Counted from the first letter of the whole stretch, positions 26,569 to 40,214 are shown. The stretch: 63,617 nucleotides of DNA, filler included, from Choristocarpus tenellus KU-1152 (GCA_964200185.2; 12 parts of 12 records of this genome joined end to end with filler, not necessarily neighbours in it); one strand, 5' to 3'. Numbers and translations: made by a program. Notes: generated by a model from the sequence alone, not told the origin.

Positions 26569-28105
26569 CCCTTTTCCTTCTTTCTTTTGTGTCGATGTGT
26601 GATGAGTGAGTGATGCTTATCCGACTAATTGGATCTATTCCGAATCAAGCGTTTTGGGAGATGTTAGTGCACTACACACACGTTCTCTTCGTCCACACCT
26701 GCAGTTACACTGAGTAGTTTCTACGAATTGGACAAATCGTGATTTAACTCATTTTTGCTTGCCAAAATCAGTAGAGAAAAAGTATTTACAAATATTTGCA
26801 TGTGAAGGTTGAAGGGATGGTGAAGATGTACGAATGATTTCTACCCAGGAATCTTGTAATGCAAATCATGTCCTGAGTACAACTCAATATTGAGGAATAA
26901 TTTACAAATCCCGATTTATTGATGTACCCTTGTTGATTAAGCATGTCAACATGATTTGTAGATATCACCCATTTTATCAACATGTGTTAAGCTGTCCTTG
27001 ACGATCTCTTGTCCCACACAACCAGTTAAAATGTTTATCAGCTTGAATCACACTTGAGAAGAGAGTGAGACACCATCACTAGATAGGGCTCACCAAACCT
27101 TACAGTAAATGACTCAGAATACCAAATGGCCCAACAGTTCTCTAGCACACGTCAGAAATACTCCGACTCTAACATACCACCAATTGCTTCTGGTCAAATA
27201 CCCTGCCCGCATCATCGTCTGTACGTACATAAAATGTTACTTCAAATATCGTTATCACAAATAGTCAAGCATAACCTTGACAACATGTATAGATGACTTG
27301 TCCCTATCCTTCATGAGAAGAATATGTGTATTGCTGATATGTCCCTAGTTCATCTTGATATACAAATCTTCTTTGCAATTTAATAGAAAACATTCTCGAA
27401 CAGTGATACGTTGTATTTCAACAGGAAATGTATTAATCGTGTGATTCAGTGCCCGCGTGGTTCACTCAGGCAAGGGTGGTGAAGTGAATCGCCGGGCAAG
27501 ACGAACCAGATGGACCAAAACAAACCGTAACCGAGAGGACGAGGTTAAAGTTGGACAAGTGCAACACTGCAAATACTTGCAGGAATTTGTGGAGTGGTGA
27601 GAATCTGATGAAATAGGGATCATCACAAATGTCGAGAAGTGACAACAAAGAGGATCTTCGATGTGTGACATGTCAGGTTGAAGAGATGTTCACTACTTGT
27701 GGGGCTGATCTCCTGAAAGATTTCCACACCTCAGTTATTCGTAAGACCCTCCACTGGAATTGGGGATTCCTGACAAGGAAACCTCAATCGGTATAATGGT
27801 ATATGACATACAGCAATAACAGTATAACAACAGACGAACCTACCTTCCACATCACCCCCCTTTCTGATAGGCCTTGAAGCCATGTAAACATGATTCAAGG
27901 TGAACCAAAAAGTGAGTTCTGGGAGCAAAATAGGAAACGTGTGTGACTGCTTGTATATTATTGTACCAGTATATTACGCCACTCCATTAAATACAAAGTG
28001 AAGTGTAAAATATAAACGAGGCGTTGTTGCATATCTGTATCTGATCAGGATATCATTAGTCTAAGGTTGACGGTATGTGGTCAGCATACCAATCAAGCAT
28101 GTCCC

Positions 28106-28354
28106 AGAGCATTTAAGAGGGTAGGAGTTTTGCTCTGTTTGTCCATTCGGGGCTTGGCTTCCCACGGCTCTTTATGCTCTTTTCCAGTTTTCTGTGTGAA
28201 TATAGCTACCTAAAATGTATACGACTATGAAAGGTGTGTCCAGAGCAAGGATATTGACACTTGCTAACAAACATGATAGCCAAAATTACATCAAAATCTC
28301 GACATTGTTTTTTGAACCCTGAACTGACGCGGCCCTACCCTCTTGCTTTGACTC
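28106..28354. mobile_element. MITE family A, degenerate reverse-orientation copy
   Basis: Interior matches the 36469-36726 copy (TTTGTCCATT..GGGCTTGGCTTCCCACGG; AAACATGATAGCCAAAATTACATCAAAAT). TIRs are eroded. Confidence 0.7.
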
Positions 28355-28696
28355 CATACGAGTCTGTGAGTATGGGATCAGCAGAACAATCATCCTAAAT
28401 ACGAGTCATGAGGTATATGTGGTCAGCATATAGGTCTCTTGTATCTTGTATAAACAGGAGATACTCAGAATGGGGATATGAGGAGCAAACGCTATACGAT
28501 GTCAATAAACTGTTTGACTAGCATTTGTGATCTCTGACATTGCTACACACCTGTTACATGATGATTTTGATCAACACTCCGATGTGTGAAAACATAAGCA
28601 CGTGCTACATGATCAGTATCAACACAGCAGAAGATGAGATCAAATGTATGTACCCATTCTCCTTCCTCACATTCTGACATCGATTGGAATACTGGA

Positions 28697-28738
28697 CTGC
28701 AAAAGTTATGTTATATTTAATTCCGAACGGAGGAAGTA
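28697..28738. mobile_element. Solo mariner/Stowaway-like terminal inverted repeat
   Basis: ATTTAATTCCGAACGGA is identical to 31464-31480, and the segment ends CGGAGGAAG-TA, like the Stowaway CGGAGGGAG-TA end. Confidence 0.5.
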
Positions 28739-29589
28739 CGAAACAGAGCAGTAAAGAAAGACAAGGCTGGAGGATTTTTTTTCCGCCCAAGGACAGCACT
28801 ACGTCTCATGCCTTCTCCTCCTGCGCCCGATTAAGACTGAAGGAATATGATTCCGCCTTTAGATAGCTGCGGTGTCATGACGACTACAATATTCCAAGTG
28901 GACAACTCAGACGTATGATGTTGGTGGCTCAACTCTCCAAATGCTATGAAGTGATTGTACGGCCATTACATCATGTCGGGGAGATCATGCCACTCAAAAA
29001 ACAAAGAACAAGTATGAATCACCTGAAGTCTCCATCTCTTACCTAGTGCTAGAATAGAATATGTGTTTCTAATGGGATTAGTCATTTCGTGATGGTAAAT
29101 AAATCCATTTCATGAAAATGTGACATGATGTAATGAATAGCAAACTCTTAGCACACGGGTGCTAATGTGCCCGGTGAGATGTTCTCTTCACCGCCGCATG
29201 TGTCCACTGACGCAAACGAGGAGATTTGATAGATAATCTAAAATACCATTGTATATTTAATTGTATTATTAATGTATCCAAACGCCACCAACATATGCGT
29301 ATAGTCTATTTGAAAGGATTGATAAACCCGGAAAACATGAGATGTCAAGTCAGAGCAGGTCGTGAATAGGTTAACTGACATCTGTTACCACCAGTTATGC
29401 TATCTCTTCACAAAACTATAGACTATACCCACCTACGACGAAATGACACACAAACGATTTATCTAAACTAGATGGTCAACGTATGTAAAGGATTCCAGTA
29501 TGTGGGTAATACGAGATCCAGGCCAAGACACATAAGTCATAAAAACAAAACAAACACACAAACCAACAAACAATTGGCGAGGATCTCCA

Positions 29590-30758
29590 CCGTACATACA
29601 CAATCATCTCTTTACTGAGCCCCCTTATATTGCATGGCAACACACAAGGCCTTGCAACAGGTTCAATCAGTTTTTGGACCCCAAGGGATTTCCTCCCGGA
29701 GCTATCTGGATGACACGTCCATACCTACAAGGGGGATCAACCCTACCACAATAGCTGCTTTCGAGCAGTTAAAAATTGACCTCTATGAGGTAGGCATAGA
29801 CTTAAATATGGACAAGACCTTTGCTGCACCTCCCCAGGGTCACCAACCCACGCCCTCCGAACTGAAGCTTCTTTCTACCACAGGAATCCACCTAGCCCAG
29901 AACCCCAATGATTTTGTCACATTTGGGGGCTCCTGTGGGAACAGATGGCTTTATCCAAGCCCATATGGCTGAGGTGGTCGAGAGCTCTGGGACACGAATT
30001 TTGGACACACACCTCAGCGAGATGAAGGACATACAGGTGACCTGAATCCTCAACTCCTGGTCCCTCTCCTTCCGCCTAGGCTATTTGGCGAGGGTCACTC
30101 CCCCCCTCCTGGCACGTTCTACCATGGAGCAAGCAGATAACACCTCATTATGGACACTAGAGAGAATAATGGAGGTAGTTGACTCGACAGAGGCAACAGT
30201 CTTCTTTGAGGGGGGGTGTAACAATGGGTCTCTCCGCCTAGAGACCCACCAACAAGTACAGGCACAGATGCCCACAAGTGCGGGGGGGCTAGGCCTCTCT
30301 TCCATGAAACACCGCCAACACACAGCTTTCATAGGATCACTAGTGGCGACTCTCCCCACCCTCCTAGCAAGGCAGCAAGGGCATCATGGCGAGTCCTTCC
30401 TGTTTGCACGAGCTCCACAGTACAGGCTTTAGGATTGTCCATCCACACACTCCCTTCTACAGGTATCCCCTCAGAAGATCTTGTAGAAATCATTGGTCAA
30501 GAGTGGGTAACCTGGGGGGGAACACCATCCCTAGCACCTGCCCCAGAGGTACATATCCTAGCAGCTCATGACACCAGGATCACGAGAAGGGTTCAACATG
30601 AGATCACACGCCTCCCAAACAAGATCCGTTTCAACTCCTTCGGGACACAATTGGTCAACCTGCCTAGTGAAGCACACCAAAAAAGGAAAAACTCCTCATT
30701 GGCCCTAGCACACCACCGGAGCCAGTGTGGATAAGGGGCAAACTCGTGGGCCTCAACT
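29590..30758 (+). mobile_element. CRE-like non-LTR retrotransposon reverse transcriptase, frameshifted fragment
   Basis: ORFs 29634-29972 (SYLDD catalytic motif, GIDLNMDKT), 30085-30432 (QAQMPTSAGGLGL, AFIGS) and 30435-30734. The P-x3-GGLGL motif is typical of CRE/RLE-type elements. Truncated by the gap. Confidence 0.8.
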
Positions 30759-30858
30759 NNNNNNNNNNNNNNNNNNNNNNNNNNNNNNNNNNNNNNNNNN
30801 NNTTAATTAATTAANNNNNNNNNNNNNNNNNNNNNNNNNNNNNNNNNNNNNNNNNNNN

Positions 30859-31487
30859 GAAGCTCATGAGCGAGGATGCCACCCCAGCAATCAAGGCTCG
30901 CGTGCATAAGCTGGAAGGACACACCATCTTCGTGCAGCAGGACAGGGCAAAGCCACACACCAAGGGGGCAATCATGGAGGCAACGGGAAATGACATTGTC
31001 ATAGAGACCCAGTAAGTCAACTCACCTGACCTCAACGTCAACGACTATGATCCTTCGTTCCGTCCAGCAACTGAAGGAAGACTTGGGGGTAACCAACACA
31101 GAGGAGCTGGTGTAGGCCACAATGAAGGCGTTCGGGAGACACTAGAGAGCGTCTGGCAGGGCCAAGAGTGAAGCGCTGGGGTCCAAGAGTGACAATGTCG
31201 TCAAAATTCCCTATCTTAACAAGGAAAAGGCTGAGAAGGTGGGCAAGCTCCCCCCCCAATGCCCCCTGTGGATGTGGAGAAACACTGTGCTGGAATGGAG
31301 TTTTCGAGGGCTTAGGAGACGTAATCATACATAGGTGTAGACTGTCGCTTTTTGTTTGAGATATTGGTGTGCAACCTTTTAATGTCTTCACAATACACCC
31401 ATAAAATATTAACATATGAATAAAACCTTGCTTATTCATGTGAGCTACAAAAAGGTATAGTCCATTTAATTCCGAACGGAAGTTGTA
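30859..31487 (+). mobile_element. Plant-type (Stowaway/DD39D-related) mariner transposase C-terminus, pseudogenised, with 3' TIR
   Basis: HTIFVQQDRAKPHT...ETQ*VNSPDLNVND, then VQQLKEDLGVTNTEELV*ATMKAF and DNVVKIPYLNKEKAEKVGKLP. TIR-like end at about 31445-31487. Confidence 0.85.
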
Positions 31488-34347
31488 GATATAAAAAGGG
31501 AGACAAAATGGGAAAAACATGAAGTAATAAAAAAGAAAAATAGTAGTAATGGGAAGAAACATTAAGCAAAGAAAATAAGAGCTCGGAAAAGGGTAAGAGT
31601 CAAACGGAAAAAAGATAAAAGGAGAAAATACAAAACATTTATTAAAAAATGGACTAAAAAATATGAAAATCGAAAGGACACAAATAACAACAATGGGGAA
31701 AAGAAAAAGGCAAAGAGGGCAAGAAATGAACAAGTAAAAGAGCAATAATATGGAAAAAGAAAAAAATGTATATATCCGGATTAACCGTATTATTTTTTTA
31801 GAAATGACATTGAATCTCGCATACATACGTTACATTGACTAGTGATACCAACCCCAGCATAAACTTGTCCCGTTCATCTTCAACAGCCAATTGTATCACC
31901 TGCACATGTTCCCGTCTACTACTACAGATATATTGCTTACTCCATCATTTCATTAACTCTCAACCAAGAGGAAAACAGATGATACCAGCACCATGAATCT
32001 GGTCTTCACAGACACAACACACGCCTCCTCCAAACGTGGGTACACAACAAACAGCCAAAGCACCATATCTCGAAACGGGTAACAGAAAAAAATATGAAGA
32101 TTGGTTTATCCGTTGATGATGAGTTACATATTTTGCAAGACCTTATTCTTATCCATTTTATTTCCTTTTTGTTGTCAATTTATCACTGTATTGAGGATTA
32201 CTAGTCTATTTCCTTCTCTATTGTCATGCCAATTATATTCTTGCAGGCTGTGATAAGTTATCTAGCACGTTCATCTCTAAGCAACAAACTCAACCTTGCA
32301 AGTTTCTCTCATTGTGCAGGTACCGATTGTAGTTTGATGCCCCCTGAAAGGATGGTGAGATGAACCTGATGCACAGTTTGCTATAATAATATACAGATAG
32401 AAGTATGGCCAAACCTCATTGAAACATTTCTGACGAAGAATTAGGAGTACTTCATCTCTCTCTCTGTGCTATTTGTGGAGAGAACATTTTACGAAAATCT
32501 CTCAATCTTAGCTGAAAAAGAAAGCTACTTCTGTGAGTGGGGGCCGTTGGGGCACAACAATTTACGGGAAAGATTCGTTCAACTTCTTAGTAACATCTTG
32601 TTCTTAGTCCCATATAATACACGTCATGGTCAATTTGTCACGTTTGGGGATGAGTGTATCGAAGCACTTGACAGAGCATCCATCCATATTGGTTGTTGTA
32701 CACATAACTTGGAAATATCTGTGATATTCATGGGCGGGGAGGTACCAGCTTCAAAGGTCAGAGGAATTATCCTTATGTTTTCTGTTTCCTTAGAAAGAGA
32801 TTAACTGACGTCATCAAGTACTATTAATGAAAAAACCTTGCTGTTGTTGTGAAGCTCGTTCTCTCAAAAATCTCTGGTATTTTCTGGGAAACAATCCATA
32901 CACTTAGAATACTATTCCTCTTTTCAATGAGATATAGAGTATATATTCTTGTATTCATCGACTATATATTAGAGTTTTTGGATAGAGGAACCATTTGTAA
33001 AAGTCTGCACAAGAACTTTGTTCTATACAGAATATATTGAATATATTTATGGTAGATAAATGTGAAACTCAAAACAGAAACAACCTATTATTCTGTATGT
33101 AGAACAGATAGAGAGAAACTTCCACAAAAGAACTTGCTTACTTTTTGACATTGATCCTTAGTAAGGAAGTGGGGTGGACACACTTTGTATTTGGATGGGA
33201 TACAAGTGAAATGATCTAGGAAAGAAAATAATCCCATATCAACAGTCCATGGTAATATGATACCTACATCTATATCGTTTGGAATTTCCTACTTTCATCG
33301 ATGTATAACTGCTACTTCATACTAGATACAAATCTGCCTCGTACAACATATTTTGATTTCCTCACGAATTCTGTATTCATTGAATTGCCTTTCGATCTAG
33401 GATTCCATCCACTCTCCACCTGCTCAACTAATATATCGCCAGTTCTTCCTTCCTTCCCCTCACTATCCTTGCTCCCCCACCACTATGCGCCCAAATCAGC
33501 TGTTATTTCCAGTCACCATCCACCCCAGCCACCTCCACCTACCCACTGACCAACTATTAAATCACTCTTCGCCACTGGTTTCCAAACACCCCCCATTGCC
33601 GCCTCGCTATGCATATCCAGTGACCAAACATTGCAAACAATCTCCGACACTGATTTGTAGTCACCAATCAATGCGGCCAATTCCAATGACCAATCAATGC
33701 AGACGATCTTCGCAACTGACTTTCAGTCACCAAACAGTGCGACAAATCTACCCTACTTGTTTCTAAGTCATCAATTAATACAGAAAATTCCTGCGAATAA
33801 TTCCACCTTCCTCCACTCTCTACGACACCCCACCATACCCCACCACACTCTACGACAATCAACTTCCCAAACAACACTTTTCGCCATTTTGAACAACATC
33901 AAAGCGTTGTCCACTTAACCATACCACACAAAGCAACTCCACAAGACTCGAAAGCAAATAATAGGATAGGGCTGCGACTGGTGTTCAAACTACGATGTTG
34001 TGACTTAGATCTAATTTTCTCTATCCTGTCTGTTAGAAAATGTAATATTCCTTCACCCGGACACACCTTCCATAGACGAATCCTCACTTCACTCCTACAG
34101 AATGTTTCGAAAACGAGAAAAAAGAAAAATCAATAACAACTGGAGAGATCGGAAAAAAGGGCAAACGTCCCTATACAATTAAAGATTCCGCACCAACATC
34201 TTACATTCAACAAGAAACACCTCTCCATCATGAGTGAATCAGTACCANNNNNNNNNNNNNNNNNNNNNNNNNNNNNNNNNNNNNNNNNNNNTTAATTAAT
34301 TAANNNNNNNNNNNNNNNNNNNNNNNNNNNNNNNNNNNNNNNNNNNN

Positions 34348-34528
34348 GGTGGGGTGGGGGTTGTGTTTTTGGGGGGTGGGGTGCCGGCGTCCGTTTTTCA
34401 CCTTTTTTTTCGATTTTCACTTTTTGGTGTGATTTGGTTGCACGTGTCGGATTTGAAATGTCAGCAAAAAAAAATTGTTTGACCGAAACGGACGCCCCCT
34501 CACAACCCCCCCCCAGATACTTTGACCC
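34348..34528. mobile_element. Right part of a MITE related to family B
   Basis: Ends CCCCCAGATACTTTGACCC, identical to window positions 1-19. The left end is lost in the gap. Confidence 0.6.
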
Positions 34529-35120
34529 AGATGGCACGCCTCGAATCTGGAGCGGTGTGGTGAATGGATGTGAGGAGCAGAGGTGGTCACGTGTCTTGTG
34601 TGTGTTGTTATATGGGTTAGGGAAACTCGAAAAATGAATTTATTTTAAAACATGTACAATGGTCCTTAAGGCGAATTCGTTAGGGCTTTTTGTACGGAAG
34701 TGAGCAACATGCACAATTGAGGCCAGCGTATACGAGTTGTGTTTTTCCCCTCTGTTATATTGTTATTGTGACCTTTGACTTTTTGGAGATGTGTGAGGGG
34801 GGAAACAGACGAAAACTATGCATGTGTCAGTACAAGCCCTAAAGAAGTTAAGTAAATGTGTTCTATACTATGAACCAGTGCAAGTGTGAAAAACAATATC
34901 GTACCATTGTTATGCATGGTGCGGATTATCCTAGGTAATTGACCTCTTAATGTTATTTACCATTTAGTGCGGAAAACGGGGTTGCGTGTCAATAAACTAT
35001 GGCATTTGTGACTAAAATCGATTTCAGGTCTGACAGTTCTTGTTCAACTAGCGAAGAGACAAAAAACCTCATTGCTCCTCTATCACCGTTCCCTTTATCA
35101 TCATGTCATGAAATGTTTAT

Positions 35121-35243
35121 TTACACTTGCTTGACTTCACCCCCTAATCCTTTGTGGAGTGCGACACCCTTCGAGCCTTCAACAATTTTGAGGAAGACAT
35201 CACCCTTCTCCATATCCTTTAACAGTAATCTCCTTCCCACCTT
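35121..35243 (-). CDS. Possible terminal exon of an unidentified minus-strand gene
   Basis: AAG|VGRRLLLKDMEKGDVFLKIVEGSKGVALHKGLGGEVKQV*. The upstream DNA is C/A-rich on +, as in introns of other minus genes. A plus-strand reading is also possible. Confidence 0.3.
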   Translation of the reverse strand, partial: KVGRRLLLKDMEKGDVFLKIVEGSKGVALHKGLGGEVKQV

Positions 35244-35503
35244 TGATAGGTAGGCGGACGTTTGAAGTGAAAACAGGTTCGTTTTCATACAGACGTAAGT
35301 GAAGTCAGTACCAGAGTCTGAATACAGTCCTACCGAATACAGATATTTCCTGCGTCTGGATCTACGAAAGGATGCATTTTCACGCAAGAACGTCGAGAGG
35401 GTAAACCGTCAATATTGTATAAAATATTATACAAGAATTTACCAACGTGGAGTTTTAATGCTACTGATAGACAATGACAAGGGTGGAGGTGTAGTTCACT
35501 AAA

Positions 35504-35762
35504 GAGCCAAAAGTATCTTAGAGAGTAGATCCGCGTCCACTTGGGGACCACAATCCAATGTTGCGATTTTGATGTAGGTTTTGCTATCGTGTTTGTTAGG
35601 AAGTCTCCATATTCTTGTTCCGGACACACCTTTTCACAAGGTATGCGTTTTACCGACTCCAAATATTTTGGAGTAGCAAAATGTCATTAAAAAAAACATG
35701 GGAAGCCAAGCCCCAAATGGACAAAGAGGGCAAAACTCGTACCCTCTAAGATACTCTCACTC
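35504..35762. mobile_element. MITE family A (Sola2-like), TSD TAAA
   Basis: TAAA|GAGCCAAAAGTATCTTAGAG ... CTCTAAGATACTCTCACTC|TAAA. Confidence 0.88.
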
Positions 35763-36468
35763 TAAATCCACGTGGGTGAGAGGGACTCCAACCAAGTGAA
35801 TGAGCCAAAATGGTATGTTGCGTGGTATAATCCTGTGAACTGGAATACAAACAACTCATGGATACAGATTTGTATCGATCCATGATGGAAGTGGTAGCAC
35901 CCCACTGACTCCCCCACAAAAAAAAGACAGTTTTGTGTGTGTGTGTTTTTTTGTTAGCAAAACTCTTGCGGGAGTACAATGCGTGTGTGTGTGTGCGTGA
36001 AATCTACCACATACAAAGCAGCATATTCGTATATAATACATACATACGCACACACAACGCCTTCCAGGGATCCCTTCTGCACTGTAAGGAATCATAGACA
36101 TCTTCTCCCACATGTTACGTGAACCAAAAAAGAATACCTGTCAATAGCACAACAGCTGGACTCCCATAGTGGTGGGCCTCAACAAAAGCTATGACTTTCC
36201 CCTCACATAAACGCTTCTCTGTACCAAGTACACACCAACAATCAACAAGAACTAATTATATGGACATCCATACAAGTGTGGATCGTGAAAGACAACGCCA
36301 TAGCACCTGTTCATTGCAACATACCACTACAAAAGCACACATATACGAACAAACTCTGTTGCCATCACTCAACAACAAATGGACCAGGAACACCTATTCA
36401 ACCACCACTTCCCCCCCCCCTCCACTTGCACATGCCTAATTCAACAAGGTCATATTTCCCAGTATGGT

Positions 36469-36726
36469 GAGTAAAAGTATCTTAGAGGGTACGAGGTTTT
36501 CCCTGTTTGTCCATTTAGGGCTTGGCTTCCCACGGGTTTTCAATGACATTTTACCTACTCCAAAATGTTTCAGAGTTGTTAAAATGTTTAAGTTATGAAA
36601 AGGAGTGTCCAGAACACGGATATTGACATCTCCAAACAAACATGATAGCCAAAATTACATCAAAATTGCAATATTGGGTTTTACCCCCAAACGGACACAG
36701 CACTACCCTCCAAGATACTTTAACTC
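36469..36726. mobile_element. MITE family A (Sola2-like), reverse orientation, TSD TGGT
   Basis: TGGT|GAGTAAAAGTATCTTAGAGGGTA ... TACCCTCCAAGATACTTTAACTC|TGGT. Confidence 0.88.
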
Positions 36727-38638
36727 TGGTCTTTTCATGCCAACTACCCCCCCCCCTATTACAGAAGCTCACTGTTTGCCATCCTCCATACCCTATATGT
36801 TCATTTTCTGGAAGTGGTGGAGATGGGGGCTGGATCAGTCCATCTTTATCCTGGGGCGTCGGCCACGACCCACCCTCCCCAGCTTCGAGCCTCAAGCTAC
36901 CTGCTGATACGCCTCTAACTGTTGTTGCCTTTTCTGTCCCTGCTTCAAAATTGGCTACATCATATCTGGAAAATCACAGCGTTGCCGAGTAAGACTTTCA
37001 AAACACTAGCATGAACAGTTTTCATTTTGAAACAATGCACTTCTCAAGTGGACGGAGGTAAATCGAAACTCAAGATGAGGCCTAGTGCTAGGCTTCATGT
37101 ACATGGTGGGAAGTATGGAAGTGCGTCTGTAAGATAAAAGCAGTGGTGAACTGACAAGACAGCAGAGTGTGGTAAAATATGCCTGATGCAAAATGCGGCC
37201 GTCAGTGACTAACGTGCTAGTCATATGGGCCTTCCTCATGAAGACTTCACTACTTCATTGCTGTCCCTCCAAGACTAACATGGTATGTCACCACACCAAG
37301 AGAGATAACGAGAAACGTGATACTCCAAAAACATGAGAACCTATGCAATTCTAGTGACAGTTACATCGGTATGGAAATGTTGGACTCCCCACCTCCGGAG
37401 GTTCACTGTGGTGTGAGGCAGGGAAACGTTAACCTTCCGAAGGACAACAGCATCCACCCACTGCTCCTCTGATTCGGAAAATATGAGGAAAGGGTGATTG
37501 ACCACCAGCTAGTCCTCGTAGTTCTGCAAGTAGATAGAAGGTCAAGAAAAGGTGTCAGGGGGAGAAAAACACACAGTGTGCTGATGTGACCCTTTCAAAT
37601 TAGCTGTTATCAAACAGAGTAAGAATATCAAAGAAGGTTGAAAAGATCTCATATCACTGTTTAGCAACTGCATTAGATACAGACACAATAATGCCTACAA
37701 AACAGAGAAGATGGCAAAGAACGTATGAAAAATCACACAAGCAGGATCCCACCTGGGACAACAACAAAATCAAGACACCACTGCAGAAGAAGTGGACAGT
37801 AATCCATTCGAATTCCACGATCAACACAACAGTAGAGCTCAAGTGAACCAGACAAACCCCTTGTAAAACACACCTTTCCATACCCTGCAAAAGGGTCAAC
37901 ATGTCCAACAATGTTTCCACCAGGTGTGAAATGTGGCATTATTAGCACCCCACTGTATACAAGGACACATGCTTCAACAACTGACTCCCTCCTTCTTCCA
38001 TTACACTCCCTTCAAATATTAAACCCAGCAACCGCGCCACCTCCTGCCCCTCCCTCCTCTTCCAACTCTCCCCTTCCCTTCCAGGAACCACTTTCCCATT
38101 TCGCACACTACACCTCCCTCGTCCAAGTTTCCTGTCCCTGTACCTTCTTCCTTAACCCCCTTATCCTTCACATGTTCCCCTTGGCTGACTTCTGGTGCAA
38201 GGGGAAGGGTCCCTTGGGGAAGGGGTGGTGGTGGGGGTACATACAGATGCTGCACTGCTGCTGTAGCCGCCTGCTCCGCTGCTGAAAAGAGGGTGGCAGG
38301 CAGTCCGGATGTAGATTTGCAGATAGTTGGAAGATGATCAGCTAACATTGAATTTGTATGATGGCGTACCTCACAGAGGCGAGAAACATGCTTGTCAGCT
38401 GTGCATCCTGTGTGTGTTCTGGTGTGTGTGTGCACACACCGTGATATCATTCGTATTGTGTGGTGTAAGATACCACATAATACGCTAAGAAATACTTGTG
38501 GAGGAGCAAGGGGAAATAAAAGATATGCTTCTGCTATAGCACGGAAAATATTGAAGATGACATCTTTCCCCTTTTGAATGTGTAACAACGATGGGGGTAA
38601 AACTAAAATCCTCCTCGCAAGTCATTGAGGATGCCATT

Positions 38639-38844
38639 GACCCAAAGTATCTGAGGGAGGGGGGGGGTCTACCCCAGAGTGTCCATTTGGACCAAAATCG
38701 GGAAAAGTGNNNNNNNNNNNNNNNNNNNNNNNNNNNNNNNNNNNNNNNNNNNNTTAATTAATTAANNNNNNNNNNNNNNNNNNNNNNNNNNNNNNNNNNN
38801 NNNNNNNNNGTCGCCGGCACCCCCCCCCCCAGATACATTGAGCC
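38639..38844. mobile_element. MITE family B copy split by an assembly gap
   Basis: GACCCAAAGTATCTGAGG before the gap; CCCCAGATACATTGAGCC after it. Confidence 0.7.
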
Positions 38845-39678
38845 GTTGTTTGCCAGCGAGAGTAACCAGGACTAGTATGCTCTCTTGTGTGTTTTTGACA
38901 GGTTGTACCGCACACAAGCAGTCATCACCACGGATAAAAAGTGAAGAGATTAACTTCTGCCCATTAATCAAGCGACACGTATACCTAATCACCCTCCAAT
39001 TGGTGAATCACTTGAGAAGTCTGTGGAGTCATTCTTTTCGTGCACCTTCTCGTGACGATGAAAGTCATGCACATAATGTTTTGGTATGATTGTCATACAT
39101 TTACTAGAGGTTCGGGTCAATATTTTCTATGCCCTTGTATGTAGGGACTTGTTGGAATGTGCGTTGCACCAATGATGAGGAGAGATGCACTCTGGACTGG
39201 TCCCCCTAAGCCTAAGACACGTACCTCTTAGTTTGAATATTTGGGTTCCCAATTCTTCGTTCGAGAGATATATGCAATTGTGTATTAGTGTCATCCATTC
39301 CATTTTGTTGAGTTTCATGTCTACATATTTCAGTTCCTTAATGTGGAGGCTTGTTGGAAGGTGGAGTGCACCATTACTGAAGGGAGATGCACTCTTGGTT
39401 GGCCTCTCGTAGAACTAAACGTATACCTTTGTACACAGGTACCTTCAGTGGTGTAGTGTTACAGCACACTCCATAGCTTACCTCCACGGGATATATACCT
39501 CCAGTCCACAAGTGCACAGATGGCGCTGATGCACTTACAGGACTCCTGATGCACAAATCGTCAATAAGTGTGCTGGATCTCTCACTTGGATCATTCCCTT
39601 CATAAGTATCAACTATCATCATTCCATAAAAAGGAACTGGCAACGATGTATCATGTGTGAGGATGATAACGACTAAAT

Positions 39679-39937
39679 GAGTCAAAGTATCTTAGAGGGT
39701 AGAGCCGCGTCCATATGGGGACCAAAATCCCATGTCGTAATTTTGATGTAATTTTGACTTTCATGTTTGTTTGGAGATATCAATATCCTTGTTCCGGACA
39801 CACCTTTTCATAACGTATACATTTTGCCTACTCCAAAACATTTTGGAGTAGACAAAATGTCATTAAAAACCCGTGGGGATCCAAGTCCCAAATGGACAAA
39901 TAGGGAAAAACTTGTACCCTCTAAGATACTTTAACTA
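39679..39937. mobile_element. MITE family A (Sola2-like), TSD AAAT
   Basis: AAAT|GAGTCAAAGTATCTTAGAGGGTA ... TACCCTCTAAGATACTTTAACTA|AAAT. Confidence 0.88.
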
Positions 39938-40034
39938 AAATAATAATGAAAATAGTCAAGAAGTACAAAATATATAAAATCTAGGATTTCAAGGTCAAAT
40001 AATGACGTCAATGAAACCGCTATCAAGACATACT

Positions 40035-40214
40035 GATCCAAAGTATCTGAGGGGGGATGGAGGCTGTCCATTTAGGGTCAATTTATTAATGTCACGATTT
40101 TTGGGTGATATGGTTGCATATGTCTGATGGATATTGTAAATGCACCTTCCCTCATTTTGACCGATATAGACGCCCCGGTGTAGACTCCCTTCCCCCCCCG
40201 AGATACTTTTAGTC
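40035..40214. mobile_element. MITE family B, complete (~180 bp)
   Basis: GATCCAAAGTATCTGAGGGGG ... CCCCCCCGAGATACTTTTAGTC. The interior is homologous to 44042-44219. Confidence 0.82.

Noticed and set aside
31038-31826. 262-aa Phe-rich membrane-like ORF
   Set aside because: Antisense of an A-rich low-complexity tract and of the mariner remnant.
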